A stretch of DNA of 61,465 nt, counting the filler, from Chiloscyllium plagiosum (taxonomy: Eukaryota): the NCBI RefSeq assembly GCF_004010195.1. It is 4 parts of one record of this genome, joined end to end, with 100 filler letters (N's around TTAATTAATTAA, not from the genome) between each part and the next. Parts side by side here need not be neighbours in the genome. Positions count along the whole stretch, not along the records: positions 21,000 to 51,322 come from NC_057713.1; 3 more parts are not named here. One strand, given 5' to 3'. The position numbers were made by a program, and so were the translations under genes. Below are positions 36,226 to 49,070 of the stretch, piece after piece (the stretch's first letter is position 1; each line of letters begins with the position of its first letter). The notes under the pieces are model-generated. The model was not told where the DNA came from and ran no database searches. It saw only the letters and a program-made list of their open reading frames with translations.

Positions 36226-38538
36226 TCATCTCATTTAGCCTTGTGACATTCCAGTTCTAAGTGATCACATCCTTTGCAACTTTGTCCAAATTTGTCCATA
36301 TTCCAATTTCTATTAAATCCATAAATTCCCAACAAATCTGCAGCCATTACTTCGACCAGTAACTGTCATGGTCAGATACATCTGGAGCAGACGTATTGGT
36401 GAAGATGAGGTAAAGTTAATATTGTTTTTCTCTTGGTACCCTCACCATGCACTACATACTGTCGAGTAGCTGCATCCTTTACAATAAAGCCAGCTTGGTC
36501 AGTAATGCTGTTGAGCCACTCTTGCTGATAAGTGTATGTTACACGGTAATCATCCTGAGCTTTTCTTTGCCCAGGTTGACCTGATGTCATGAGGTCCAGT
36601 GTCAATGTTGTGTACTCCCAGGCTAGTTCTATCTTGACTCTGTCACTGTGCGGCCCCCTTCTGTTGATGAGGCATTGTCGTGTCAAGTATGATTCCATGA
36701 GTATGACTGTCGGGTGGTTGCATGAATAGTTTAAATCAGCTCTCCCAATTTTGCCACTAGTCCCCAGATTCACCAACATTGTGGCACTTAGATGCGTGCA
36801 GCCCACCGTTGCAATGTGGAACAGTTTAAAAGTCACTCCTATTGGCTTCCTTTTATTGAGGAAGTAAATCTCATTACTCCGAGCAGAGTGGCAGAGATCA
36901 CTGACTGATTTTCCTTCTTAATTAAATTTAATGTCAGTTAAGAACCATTGCTATCTGATTAATGCAAATTCCTGAACTTCTTTGCTAGCTAGCTTTAATA
37001 GGTAGCGATAATAGTCCTCGTTGCAGTAGTAGTGTCCCGACCCCTGGAGTAGGAGAACCGGGTTCAAGTTCCACCTGCTCCTGAGGTGTATAATAACATC
37101 TGAACAGGTTGATTAGAAAAGTAGGTCAATTTAAAAAAAAAGTAAGTAGAGATACAAACCTGTATCTGTCTCAGTGGGTGGCTCTTTAATTAGTAATATG
37201 AACTGGGAGCATTAATTCTCCCAAATGTTATCTATACTAGGGAATTCTAAACATTGATTTTATTTTTATTTTTGGGGAAAAAATAGTCTTATGTTCCAAG
37301 TCATTACTTGGAATTTATAGCATTGAAATAGGCCATTCAGTCCAAAAGGACTATACCAGCATTAATGCCCCCCCCCCCCACAATCCTCCTCTCTCCTGTC
37401 CTAATTTGGACACTAACAACCTGTACTTTTGTGCGACATTCCCTCACCTTTTCTGGTTTGCCCTAAATACATCCATACTGTTTGCCCCCACCTATTCAAT
37501 GTAATAGCAAATTGTGCATTGTCACTGCTCGAGCCAAAAACATTTTATCTGACTTCAGATTGGATTTGTTGGCAATGTTTCTACTTACTTCCTTTATTGG
37601 ATGCCTGTAAAAATGGTATTGCAATTATCATGGGGAATTTAATCTACATGTCGATTGTTGAACCAACTCGGTCAGGATAGCTTTGAGGAGGAATTTGTTG
37701 AGTGTATCCACGACAATTTTCTTGAACAGCATTTAATGGAACCGATGAGGGAGTAAGCTATCCTGAATCTGGTCCTGTGTAATGAGACCAGGATAATTAA
37801 TGATCTCATAGTTCGGGATCCTCTTGGATGGAGTGATCCCTATATGGTTCTGGATGCTGAAATCCAGAATCTGGTTTCTAGCATCTGCAGTCATTGTTTT
37901 TACCTACCTGATCCCTTTTTGGTTGAATTTAGAATACAGATCGAGAGTATGAAGATAAAATGCAATACCAGAGTTCTGTGCTTAAACAAGAGAGACTACA
38001 ATACAATGAGTGAGGACTTGACTAAAGTAGACTGGAAACAAAGATTTTATGGTGGGACAGTTAACAAGCAGTGGAGGACCTTCAAAGCAATTTTTCATAG
38101 TGCTCAGCAAAAATACAGTCCTTCCTTTTTATTGGAATATAAGTAAAGGGGAAATCTGCCATGGATGTCTAAGGATAAAGGAGGCTATCAAATTGAAAGA
38201 GAAGGCATACAAAGTAGCCAAGAACAGCAGGAAACGAGAAAATTGGGAAACCTTTAAAGGTCAACAGAGAGCCACAAAAAGAGCTATAAAGAAAAGTATG
38301 CGAGAACATGAGGTAAAAAAAAACTAAGGTAGAATATAAAGACAGATAGCAAAAGCTTCTATAAATATATAAGACGACAGAGTGGCTTAAGTAAACTTTT
38401 GTCCTTTTGAGGATGAGAAGGGGCATTTAGTTATGGGATATGATGAAATGGCCAAAGCCAATGGGTTTTTTTTTTTCCAGTCTTCACAGTGGAGGATACT
38501 AATAACAAGCCAGTAATTGACAAAAAGACAAAGGTAGT

Positions 38539-39005
38539 GGATGTAGGTTTGCTCGCTGAACTGGAAGGTTCATCTTCAAATGTTTCGTCACCATACTAGG
38601 TAATATCTTCAGTGAGCCTCCAGATGAAGCACTGGTGGTATAGCCTGCTTTCTATCTGGGTTTCCTTGGGTTGGTGATGTCATTTCCTGTGGTGATGTCA
38701 CTTCCTGTTCTTTTTCTCAGGGGGTGGTAAATGGGATCCAAGTCAATGTGTTTGTTGATGGAGTTCTGGTTGGAATGCCATGTTTCTGGGAATTCTCGTG
38801 TATGTCTCTGTTTGGCTTGTCCTAGGATGGATGTGTTGTCCCAGTTGAAGTGGTGTCCTCCTTTATCGGTATGGAAGGGTATTAGTGAGAGAGGGTCTTG
38901 TCTTTTTGTGGCTAGTTGACGTTCATGTATCCTGGTGGCTAGTTTTCTGCCTGTTTGTCCAAGGTAATGTTTGTTACAGTTCTTGCAAGATATTTTGTAA
39001 CTCAC
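38539..39005 (-). mobile_element. Poseidon-type PLE GIY-YIG endonuclease fragment and terminal repeat
   Basis: ORF 38652-39047: YKISCKNCNKHYLGQTGRKLATRIHE..HFNWDNT..EFPETWHS. Confidence 0.9.
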
Positions 39006-39051
39006 ATTAAAAAAAATGAAGGTAGGTGAGGACCTGGAAACATTCATTATT

Positions 39052-39328
39052 CAAAGTTTGTGCGAAGATTTGTAGCTCGGGTGCTCGTTGTTGTGGTTCT
39101 GATCGCCGAGCTGGAAGTTTTTGTTGCAAACGTTTCGTCCTCTGGCTAGGCGACATCATCAGTGCTTGGGAGCCTCCTGCGAAGCGCTTCTTTGATGTTT
39201 CCTCCGGTGTTTATAGTGGTCTGTCCCTGCCGCTTCCGGTTGTCAGTTTCAGCTGTCCGCTGTAGTGGTTGGTATATTGGGTCCAGGTCGATGTGTTTGT
39301 TGATGGAGTTTGTGCATTCGTCCACAAC
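39052..39328 (-). mobile_element. Second Poseidon-type PLE 3' end with hammerhead and 13-bp TSD
   Basis: NSINKHIDLDPIYQPL; motif GCA-CTGATGA-T-GTC..GAC-GAAACGTT-TGC; TSD AACATTCATTATT at 39039-39051 and 39329-39341. Confidence 0.88.
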
Positions 39329-40412
39329 AACATTCATTATTGTAGAAGAGGTAGTGTTGGGTAAGATGAAGCTAAGGATAAACAAGTCTCCTGACGCTGA
39401 TGGAATGCATCCCAGGGTACTAAAAGAGATGGTGAGAGAAATAACAAGTGCACTTGTGATAATTTTCCAAAATTTGCTGGACTCTGGGGCAGTTCCAGCA
39501 GATTGGAAACAACAAACGTGACACCACTGTTTAAAAGGGGGGGTAGACAAAAGATGGGGAATTATAGACCAGTGAGCTTGACCTCTGTGGTGGGGAAGAT
39601 GCTGGAGTCAATTATCGAGGAAAAAGTAGCAAGGCATATAGATCAAAATTGTCCCATTGGGCAGACTCGGCAGAGGTTCATGAAGGGTAGATCATGCTTA
39701 ACAAATCTTTTGGAATTCAATGAAGACATTATGAGCAAGGTGAACACCGGGCCCCCCAGTGAATGTGGTGTATCTCGGTGTCCAAAAGTCCTTCGACAAG
39801 GTGCAGTACAAGAGGTTGCTGCATAAGATAAAGATGCATGGCATTATGGGTAAAGTATTAGCATGGATAGAGGGTTGGGTGACTGACAGGAAGCAAAGAG
39901 TGGAGATAAATGAGTGCTATTCTGGCTGGCAATCGGTGATTAGTGGTGTGCCTCAGGGATTAGTATTGGGGCCACAATTATTCACAATTTATATAGATGA
40001 TTTGGGGACCACGAGAAGTGTCCAAGTTTGCAGATGGCACTAAGTTGAGTGGTAGAGCAAAGGGGTCAGACTATCTCAAACCCAAGGAATTCACTTTCTG
40101 AATTTCTCCATTGCTCTCTTTCCTCCTTCAAGACTCTCTTTAAAACTTAAACCTCACATCAGATGTATAATTGCTCCTTCAAATATCTTTTATCTGCAAA
40201 ACTTATATTGCCTGGTACTACAATTCTGTGAATTACCTTAGAAAATATTTTTACCATTAAATCAGTCAAGTTGATATAAGTTGCTTTGCAATGAATGATT
40301 TGTAGCTGCTCATAAAGCATTGGCACATTCGTATTAACTGTGTCTCATTCTAAATTTGTATCAATACTAATAACGAAGTTAAGACCATAGCCATAAGACC
40401 ACGAGCAATATG

Positions 40413-41563
40413 ATGCTGGCATTGGTAATCAGGGATAGTATCAGAGCTGCAGGAAGGGAGGTTGTCGAGGAGGGTTTGTCTACAGAGTCAGTATGGGTGG
40501 AAGTCAAAAATAGGAAAGGAGCAGTCACTTTATTGGAAGTTTTCTACAGACTCCCCAATAACAGCAGAGACACTGAGGAGCAGATTAGGAGACAGATTTT
40601 GGAATGGTGCAGAGGTAGCAGGGTTATTGTCATGGGTACTTGCCTAATATTAATTGGAACCTCCTTAGTTCAAATAGTTTGGAAGGAGCAGTTTTTGTCA
40701 GGTGTGTCCTGGAAGGATTCCTGACTCAATATATTGATAGGCTGACTAGGTGGGAGGCTATTTCGGATTTGGTGCCAGGCAACAAACGATGCCAGGTGTC
40801 AGATTTCTGTGGGAGAGCATTTCGGTGATAGTGATCACAACTCCTTGACCTTAACTCTACATGGAGTGGGACAGGAGCAGATGGTATGGGAAAGTATTTA
40901 ATTAGGGGAGGGGGAATTACAGAGCTATTAGGCAAGAACTGGGGCACCTAAATTGGGAACAGATGTTCTCAAAGAAATGCACGACAGAAATGCGGAGGTT
41001 GTTTAGGGAGCATTTGGTGCGCGTGTTGGACAGCTTTGCCTCACTGAGGCAAGGGATGGTAGGTTGAAAGTACCTTGGGTGACAGGGGATGTGGAACATC
41101 CCGTCAAGAGGAAGAAGGAAGCTTACTTAAGGTTCCAGAGGCAAGGGTCAGACAGGGCTGTAGGGGGTGACAAAGTAGCCATGAAGGAACTGAAGAATGG
41201 ACTTAGTAGAGCTAGAAGGGGACACAAAGACACTTTAGCAGGTAGGATTGAAGGCAAGAGGATGGCTAGAGTGAGGGTAGGCCCAATCATGGACAGTGGA
41301 GGGAACTTGTGTCTGGAGTCTGAGGGGGTAGGAGCAGTCCTTAATGAATACTTTGCTTCAGTATTCACTACTGAGAGGGACCTTGACGTTTGGGAGGACA
41401 ATGTGAAACAGACTGATATGCTCGAACAGGGTGATATTAAGAAGGAGGATATATTGAAAATTTTGAAAAACATAAAGATAAGTCCCAGATGGGACATACC
41501 AAAGGTTACTACAAGAACTGAGGGAAGAGTATGCTATGCCTTGGCGATGATCTCTGCATCCTC
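40413..41563 (+). mobile_element. CR1 ORF2 APE/tether fragment
   Basis: ESVWVEVKN, VFYRLPN and LNEYFASVFT motifs. Confidence 0.9.
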
Positions 41564-41574
41564 ACTTCTGGATA

Positions 41575-41877
41575 GGTGGTGCTGGAAGAGCACAGCAATT
41601 CAGGCAGCATCCGACGAGCAGCAAAATCGACGTTTCGGGAAAAAGCCCTTCATCAGGAATAAAGGCAGAGAGCCTGAAGTATGGAGAGATAAGCCAGAGG
41701 AGGGTGGGGGTGGGGAGAAAGTAGCATAGAGTACAATAGGTGAGTTGGGAGTTGCAGTGGGAGAGGGACTCCCTGAGATTCTTGTAGAGAGAGGAGGAAA
41801 GCTTCTTCAAGGCAGGCATCCTTGCAAGAGGATTCGCAGTAGGGTTAAAATCAACAAGGTAAAAACAATGACTGCAC
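41575..41877 (-). mobile_element. Internally deleted Neptune-type PLE: tail and putative ORF start joined to a 3' terminal repeat
   Basis: On the minus strand the TGCAGTCATTGTTTTTACC tail runs into MPALKKLSSSLYKNLRESL, followed by a repeat with a hammerhead core at 41629-41656. Confidence 0.65.
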
Positions 41878-42099
41878 ATTTACCCCTTATCTAACACTAC
41901 GGGCAATTTAGTATGGCCAATTCACCTGACCCTGCACATCTTTGGACTGTGGGAGGAAACCGGAGCACCCGGAGGAAACCCACGCAGACACGGGGAGAAC
42001 GTGCAAACTCCACACAGTCAGTCGCCTGAGGCGGGAATTGAACCCGGGTCTCTGGCGCTGTGAGGCAGCAGTGCTAACCACTGTGCCACCGTGCCGCCC
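41878..42099 (-). mobile_element. Young HE1-like SINE
   Basis: Near-identical to the reverse complement of 3597-3800. Confidence 0.92.
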
Positions 42100-42102
42100 A
42101 CA

Positions 42103-42265
42103 AGTGTTCCGAGGCAGAAGATGAGGCGTTCTTCCTCCAGGCGTCTGGTGGTGAGGGAGCGGCGGTGAAGAAGGCCCAGGACCTCCATGTCCTCGGCAGA
42201 GTGGGAGGGGGAGTTGAAATGTTGGGCCTCGGGGCGGTTTGGTTGATTGGTGCGGGTGTCTCGGG
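42103..42265 (-). mobile_element. Neptune-type PLE GIY-YIG fragment
   Basis: Reads HFNSPSHSAEDMEVLGLLH..RRLEEERLIFCLGTL. Confidence 0.85.
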
Positions 42266-45200
42266 TGTTACTGGCAAAGCCAATATTTGTTGCCGATGGT
42301 AATTGTGATGAACTAAGTCGCTTGCAAGGCCATTTCAGTGGGTACTGAAGAGTCAACCACTTTATTATTGGTCTGGAATCACATATAGACCAGACTGGAT
42401 AAGGATAACAGATTTCGTTGCCTTGAGACATAAGTGAACCAGCTGGAATTTTACAACAGTTGCTGTTAGTTTCATGGTTGCCATCACTGAGACCAGCTTT
42501 GTTTAAAATTCCAATTTGAGTTGAATCCATGTCCTGCATCTGGGTGACTAGTCCAGTGACACTACCACTGTCCTAGGGATATTGGATTGTAACACCCATT
42601 GACAAAATCTCTTTTTGGGAGATGAAGTCTTTCACTGATCTTTTGGTCTCTGAAATGCTGAACTAATCAAGTGATGGGATCTCATTCCACAAATAATTTT
42701 AAACGGTGGTTGGCCAAGGGGTTGAGAATGAGGAACTTGAGCAGGTCACATGCCAACAGCAGGAACGTGGGGCTGCATGTGACCAATGGGTCAAAAGGCC
42801 TTCTGTTGTAAACTTATTTGGTTTTAATTAAAAATGAAGGATTCTGTGTAAACTTTTCAAAACCATGATTGACCTAATTTTGGTTCCAACCTTTACAGAT
42901 CGTAAGCAGCTAGCTAACTAATGGGTATACCTTACACCAAATCAGCTGCAGTGGTTTAAGGCCCTCAAGGAGGCAATAGCGAACTGCTGCAATTAGGGAT
43001 GAGACTATGTTGACTCCTTATGTATGTTGTTGTGCCAAATTTACTGTTGAGTTTTTTTATTTTCCTACATAATGGTGGAATTTAAAGTGGGAAGCCATCG
43101 TTCAACAGTAGAATAGGCAATCCTTCTAGTGTCTGAAAGTAATTCAGACCAGGAAACCGAGAAGCACGTTACCTGCCCTGAATGGAAGATCAAACTAACT
43201 AAGAATGTGAGAGAGAGAGAAATAGAAAATTAGGTTGATGAGCTGTGATGAAAGCAGAAGACTTGTATTTAATAGAGCAACTTTCATGGTTCTGCACATC
43301 CCTAAGTTCATGACAACTCAGTGAAGGTGGCTTTGAATGTAGTCACTGCTGTAATGTTTTGGGTTGAATTCCCACTCAGCACCTGAACACAAAAATCAAG
43401 GCTGCCGCTCTATTACTGCAGTGGGGAAGGCTGTGCTATCTGTTGTCTGTCTTTAGGGTGCGACATTAAAACCAAGCCCCCTCCCTCTTAGATGGGTGTA
43501 AAGTATCTTCTGATGCTGTTTCAAAAAGGAGTGAGGGAGTTTTACATGGTTTAAAAATGGTGTTCTCCACACTTACCTGTGGAAAGAGAAGCAGTTCATG
43601 TTGTCATAAACATGAAACAAGGGAAAGACAGAAAATGGAATTGGTATCTTTCTTCAGTCCTGATGAAAAGTCATCAACTTGAAATATTTACTGTTTCCCC
43701 TCTCCACAATCATTGTCCAAGTTACTGAATGTTTCCAGCATTTTTTTGTTTTTTTGTTTTTGCATTTCCCATATCCCCAGGATTTTGCTTTTGTTTAAGC
43801 GGTTCCTGGTCTGGTCAAAATTTATCATCACAAAATGAAGGTGGTGGCATAGGAGTCAGGTCATAAGGGGCGAGGGTTCATATTTGAATCCAATACATAA
43901 TCTGGAACTAAAGCTAACATAATGGAAATTGTGTAACCATTGTCAATTATTGTAAGAACTCATCTGGTTCACTAAGGTCCTATCAGGAAGGAATCCTGGT
44001 CTGACTTGTATGCATCTCGAGACCCACAGCAATGTGGTTGCATCTTGGTAAATTAGGCATGAGTAGCAGATGCTGGCCTCGTCAGCGATGCCTACTTATC
44101 AGAATGCTTTGAGCCAACCAGTACCACAAATGCTGCTGCTTAAAAAAAAAAACGACATTTGATTGGCCAATTTTTATTGCATCTGCTCTTATTCTAGAAT
44201 TTATAAATCTAACTTGTAATATTTTGTATAAGGAAGTTGCTAAATAACTGAATAAAACTTTGGATAAATTCTGCACGTCTTTCAGAGCAAGTTTCTGGAC
44301 ATTTTCTTTATGATTAAATTGTTTTATTGAAGTTCTTGAATGGGAATGTTAACCCATGCAGTCGGGTCTTCATAAGATTAACTTGCTTTCTATGGGCCTC
44401 TTTTCAGCATAAAATGTAATTGTTGATGAACCATTCCACAAAATCCCTTCCCTTTTACCTCTCATGGCCATTTAAGAGCAAATTACTGCTGCTCCTCCTT
44501 GCAGTGTAATAACATTTATTAAATAAAATTGCTTGCAATCTGGAGTTGGTTGTAAATCATGTGTTTAATATCTCTAATTGGGGAATATTAGCAAAACAAA
44601 GCAGTCGGTCATTTGTTGATAAATTTATTCATCAGTTTCCTGCATACTTTTTCGAAGGGCTTGCTTTCTAACTGGAACATGTACTATTTTAAGCTTTCTC
44701 GCATCCCCTACATTGCTTTTTTCGATAATGTTGCGACGTATTGCACTTTGAGCACTGAAGCAGGTCATTCAGCCCAACTCTGCTTTTCTGATTGGTTTTT
44801 CTCCACCCTGTTCTTCTCCTGTTCATATATTCTTCTATTTGTTTCTCACTCATGTTAATCTGAACAACTTAACTGCTCTATACCATTCACTCAGAATAAC
44901 ATTAATTTGATATATTAATTACTGTTAGTGTAGCTTCCTTCATGATGTTGGTAATTGGCTGGTAGCTGTTATGCATTCTATTTGATGATGGAACAGTAGT
45001 AATATCATTGGTTTAGTAATGGAGAGGCCCAAACTCTAGGAGCATGGGTTCAAATCACACCACAGCAGCTGATGGAGTTGAAATTCACATGGTCAATGTG
45101 GAAGTGAAACCTAGACTTGGTAATGGTGTCATGAAATGGTTGTCATTTGGTGAAAGCCAATCTGGTTCAGTCATGCTATTTTGGATAATTAGGATGTTTG

Positions 45201-46174
45201 GCAAATGTTGGCTTTGCTCGCAAGACCCACATCCCATCAAACAATAAAAATAACATCAGTGGACTGGGATCGTGTCAGCAATCAAATCTTGAAAGCCTAA
45301 TGTGACAAAGAAACAAGCAGCTGTTTTGTGCTGGTATTTTCAATGACAGCAGAAAGTCAACAAATGACTTTTATTTATACTCATCGTGATTGCTTATTAT
45401 TTCCTTAACCCAGTGCTTCCCCTTTTTTCCCCAGTGTGACCACATTAAGAGGCTTGAAAATTGATCCCTTGTTAAGAACAGAGAGGCCTGGACGGGAAGA
45501 GGGTAGTGAATATGAAAGCAGGATGAGGTGAATGTCAGTGCCGTGAAAAGACCCCTAGTTTGCAAAGCCCTGTCATTGGCAATCTCAAAATGCAGAAGGG
45601 TTTGGAGGGATATGGGCCAGGAGCTGGCGGGTGGGACGAGATTGGGTTGGGATATCTGGTTGGCGTGGACAGGTTGGACCGAAGGGTCTGTTTCCATGCT
45701 GTACATCTCTATGACATAGCCCTAACAGCTCTTTCGGGTGTAGTTCCATCATCTAAACAATGCTTTAATCATCTTCCTGCTGTATAACCTGATTGTTCTT
45801 GGTGCAGTCTCACCAAAGTCTGTCTGAAATATTTTTCTAATCTATCTGTTCAGCCTTGTCGTTCCACACCTCTGGAGAAATTGGGATTTGAATCCAGTTC
45901 TCTTGGCTCAGATGTAGGGGTGCTACCACTCTTTCAGGACAAGGTTGAGGAATTGTTTTTATGTTGTGCAAATCTGGGACTCTGCCTCTGAGGACACCTG
46001 GGAATGGGATATAATTTTTAAGGCAGAAGTAGATTCTTAACAGGCAGAGGAGTAGATGGAAATGTGGTATTAAGGTTTGGCTTAAAATAATAAGCATTGA
46101 ACTTTTTGGAAGATGGAAGCCATTGCTTTGGACCCCACTCCAAACTCTGATCTCTTGCAGCTGACTCCACACCC

Positions 46175-46510
46175 CTCATGAGGGGCATGGATAGGATAAA
46201 TAGACAAGGTATTTTCCTTGGGTTCGGAGAGTCCAAAACTAGAAGGCATAGACTTAAGGTGAGGGGGAAAGATTTAAAAGGGACCTAAAGAGCAACGTTT
46301 TCAGAGGGTGGTTCAAGTATGGAATGAGCTGCTAGAGGAAATTTAAGAGGGAACATTTAAAAGGCATCTGGATGGGTATATGAATAGGAAGGGTTTGGAG
46401 TGATATGGGCCAAGTGCTGGCAAATGAAACTAGATTAATTTAGGATATCTGGTCAGCATGGATGAGTTGGACCAAAGGGTCTGTTTCCATGCTGTACAGC
46501 TCTATGACTG
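46175..46510 (+). mobile_element. CR1 3' end
   Basis: MRGMDRINRQ through MNRKGLE, followed by 3' UTR. Confidence 0.88.
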
Positions 46511-47571
46511 ATTTACAGCAGGAAGGTATTGAGGCTCAAACCATTAGACAGTTGCATATATTTGTTTCATAAAATCATTGGATTAAAACATTATATAAAT
46601 GAGTCAGTCTGTGGGTCTTTTTTGACTGAATCTGCATGAGAAGCCTTTCTCACTCAGCTGCATAAGGCACGAGGCGTTTGTCTGAACGTACTGCGGGGTG
46701 GTTAGTGCTGCTGCCTCACAGCACTACTGTCCTGGGATTTTTCTGTGAAAAAAACTTTCACAGGGTAAATCTGTATGGTGTCATTGCCCATTAAACTCAT
46801 GCCTTGTTCTTTTTGCTTGCTCTGGCTGGCTTTTCCTTTTCCTTCTCTCTCCCTCTCTGTCTGTCTCTCTCTGTCTCTGACCTGTGGGGCTGAGCATTAT
46901 ACAGCATGGAGCAGCTCCCTTGGGCATTGAAGCTGATAGCTTAGATATTTTGTTCCTTGGTAGGGAGTTGATGTGGAGTTCCTATTCCCACAGATATAGG
47001 ATTTGTACCTTAGTGCCAGAGAGGCATAAAATGTGGCTGTGCATTGTTATATTACAGTACAGTACTCTATGCTGAGTTCATAGAGTTATCCTGTTTAAAG
47101 GGTGGAGTGCACACATTAGTGTTTTCACCATCACTTTTTATTTTGTGTGTAACTCTTAATATTCTTTGATCACGAATCATTATAAAATGGCCTTGAATGC
47201 AAGGTCCTAATGTCTCAATTGAAATGTGTTGAATAACCTGTTTTAATTAATCTTCCATTTTAAAACAAAATCTGGGAGTAAGTATTCTGTGTGGCAAGAT
47301 ATTGTCCCACACAGGATCCTGCAGTGTCTCCAATTACAGCCATTGTTGTCATCTTTTCAATAAGTGTCTCCAGAGACGTTTTCCTTAGTGGGCTCTTGTT
47401 TGAAAGGAAAGGTCCTTCCTTTCACACCCTGAAGACAAAGCAAGAAAGTTCTTTTTCTGAATAAAAACTATCACTTACAAGTACAGGTATATGCTCTATT
47501 GAACTCTGAAAATTAAGTTTGTCAATGTTCTTGATGCTACTTTTGAATCCTTCCAATTCTAAACCCTGAAC

Positions 47572-47720
47572 AAAGTCAGAAGTCATATGACACCAGGTTA
47601 TAGTCCAACAGATTTATTTGAGATTACAAGCTTTTGGAGCACTGCCCCTTTGTCAGGTGAGATGCCCTGGTGTCGTGTGACTTCTGATTTTGTCCACCCC
47701 AGTCCAACACCTCTACATCA
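47572..47720. mobile_element. PLE family C fold-back with 12-bp TSD
   Basis: TSD TAA(A/G)CCCTGAAC at 47560-47571 and 47721-47732; the tail is on the right arm only. Confidence 0.78.
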
Positions 47721-48119
47721 TAAGCCCTGAACTGGCCAGTGTGCTCGACTGTCAGTTTCAAAGGTATTTACAGTTTGAATAGATTGTAATGAATCGTCAA
47801 AGGACTATTCTTCAGCCTTAACAATCTGATAATGTGTTAAGTGGAGGTCCCATGCTACACTTGCAGATGTCTAGGGCAATATCGATCACAACATCCACAC
47901 AAGTGTTGGAATGAGAGAAATGATGAACTAATCTAAACCACACGATCATGTGCCTGTTTGTGGTACTTTATTACGTGTCAGTGGGCCGTCACATTTTTCT
48001 GATTACTACAGTAACAATGTTTCAAAATGCTGCCTTATGAAGGCCTTTCGTACATCCTGCAAAGGTGCTATATAAATTCAGGAGAGAAACTTCATTAACT
48101 CAGATTTAATTTCTTGTTT

Positions 48120-49070
48120 GCCCGCTTGTGGGATGTGGGTGTCACTGACTGGGACAGCAGTTATTACCTGTCCCAGATTGATTGATTGATTTTGCCCTTG
48201 AGAGGGTGGGGGTGAGCTGTCTCCTTGAACCACTGCCACCCATGTGCTCTAGGTAGACAACTATGCTGTTGGGAAGTGTTTTCCAGGTGTTTGACCCAAC
48301 AACACTGAAGGAACGGTGATATGTTTCCAAGTCAGGATGGTGAGTGACTCGGAAGGGAACTTGCTGATGATGGTGTTCCCATGAAGTTGCTGCTTTTATC
48401 CTTTTATAGAATGTGGTTGTTGTGGGTTCAGAAGGTGCTGTATAAAAAGTCTTAGTGAATTGCTGCAGTGCATCTTGTAGATGGTATGCACTGCTGTGAC
48501 TGAGTGTCAGTGGTGGAGGGACTGGATGTGAATGTGGTGCCAGTTAAACGGGCTGCTTTGTCCTGGATGGTGTCAAGCTGCTTGAGTGTTGGAGCTGCAT
48601 CTATCCAGAAAGGTGCAGAATATTCTATCACACTCCTGACTTGTGCCTTGTAGATTTTAGACAGGCATTGGACAGTCAGGTGGAGAGTTACTATCTGCAG
48701 TATTCCTGGCCTCTGACCTGCTCTTCCAGCTGCAGTATATGTATGGCTGGTCCAGTTCAGTTTCTTGTCCATGGTAAAGTCTAGGATGTTAAGGGATTTG
48801 TATTGGTGATGCCCCTGAACGTCATGGAGCAGTAATTGGATTGTCTGCCGTTTGAGATGATTATTGCCTGGTATGTGTGGCACAAATACTAGTCAGTATC
48901 TGATGAGTTGCGAACGGTGCTGAACATCGTGCAAGAATCAGCGGAAATCCCCACTTCCTACTTTTATGGTAGGCAGGTTATTAATCAAGCAACTGAAGAT
49001 TACTGGGCCTTGATCTCTTCTCTGAGCAACTCTGCAGAGAGATCCTGGAGCTGAGATGACTGATATCCAA
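48120..49070 (-). mobile_element. Second CR1/L2-group LINE 3' portion
   Basis: ORF 48452-48883: KLNWTSH, IYKAQVRSVIEYS, LDTIQDKAARL. Confidence 0.82.

Larger units (their letters stand above)
37598..40062 (+). mobile_element. Long degenerate CR1 ORF2 (APE to RT) with nested PLEs
   Basis: IIMG.FN, SPDADGMHPRVLKE, NYRPVSLTSVVGK and GVPQGLVLGP motifs. Confidence 0.92.

Noticed and set aside
41942..42124. Recurrent ORF MDCGRKPEHPEETHADTGR (also at 32232 and 59791)
   Set aside because: It is the antisense translation of the HE1-like SINE, not a gene family.
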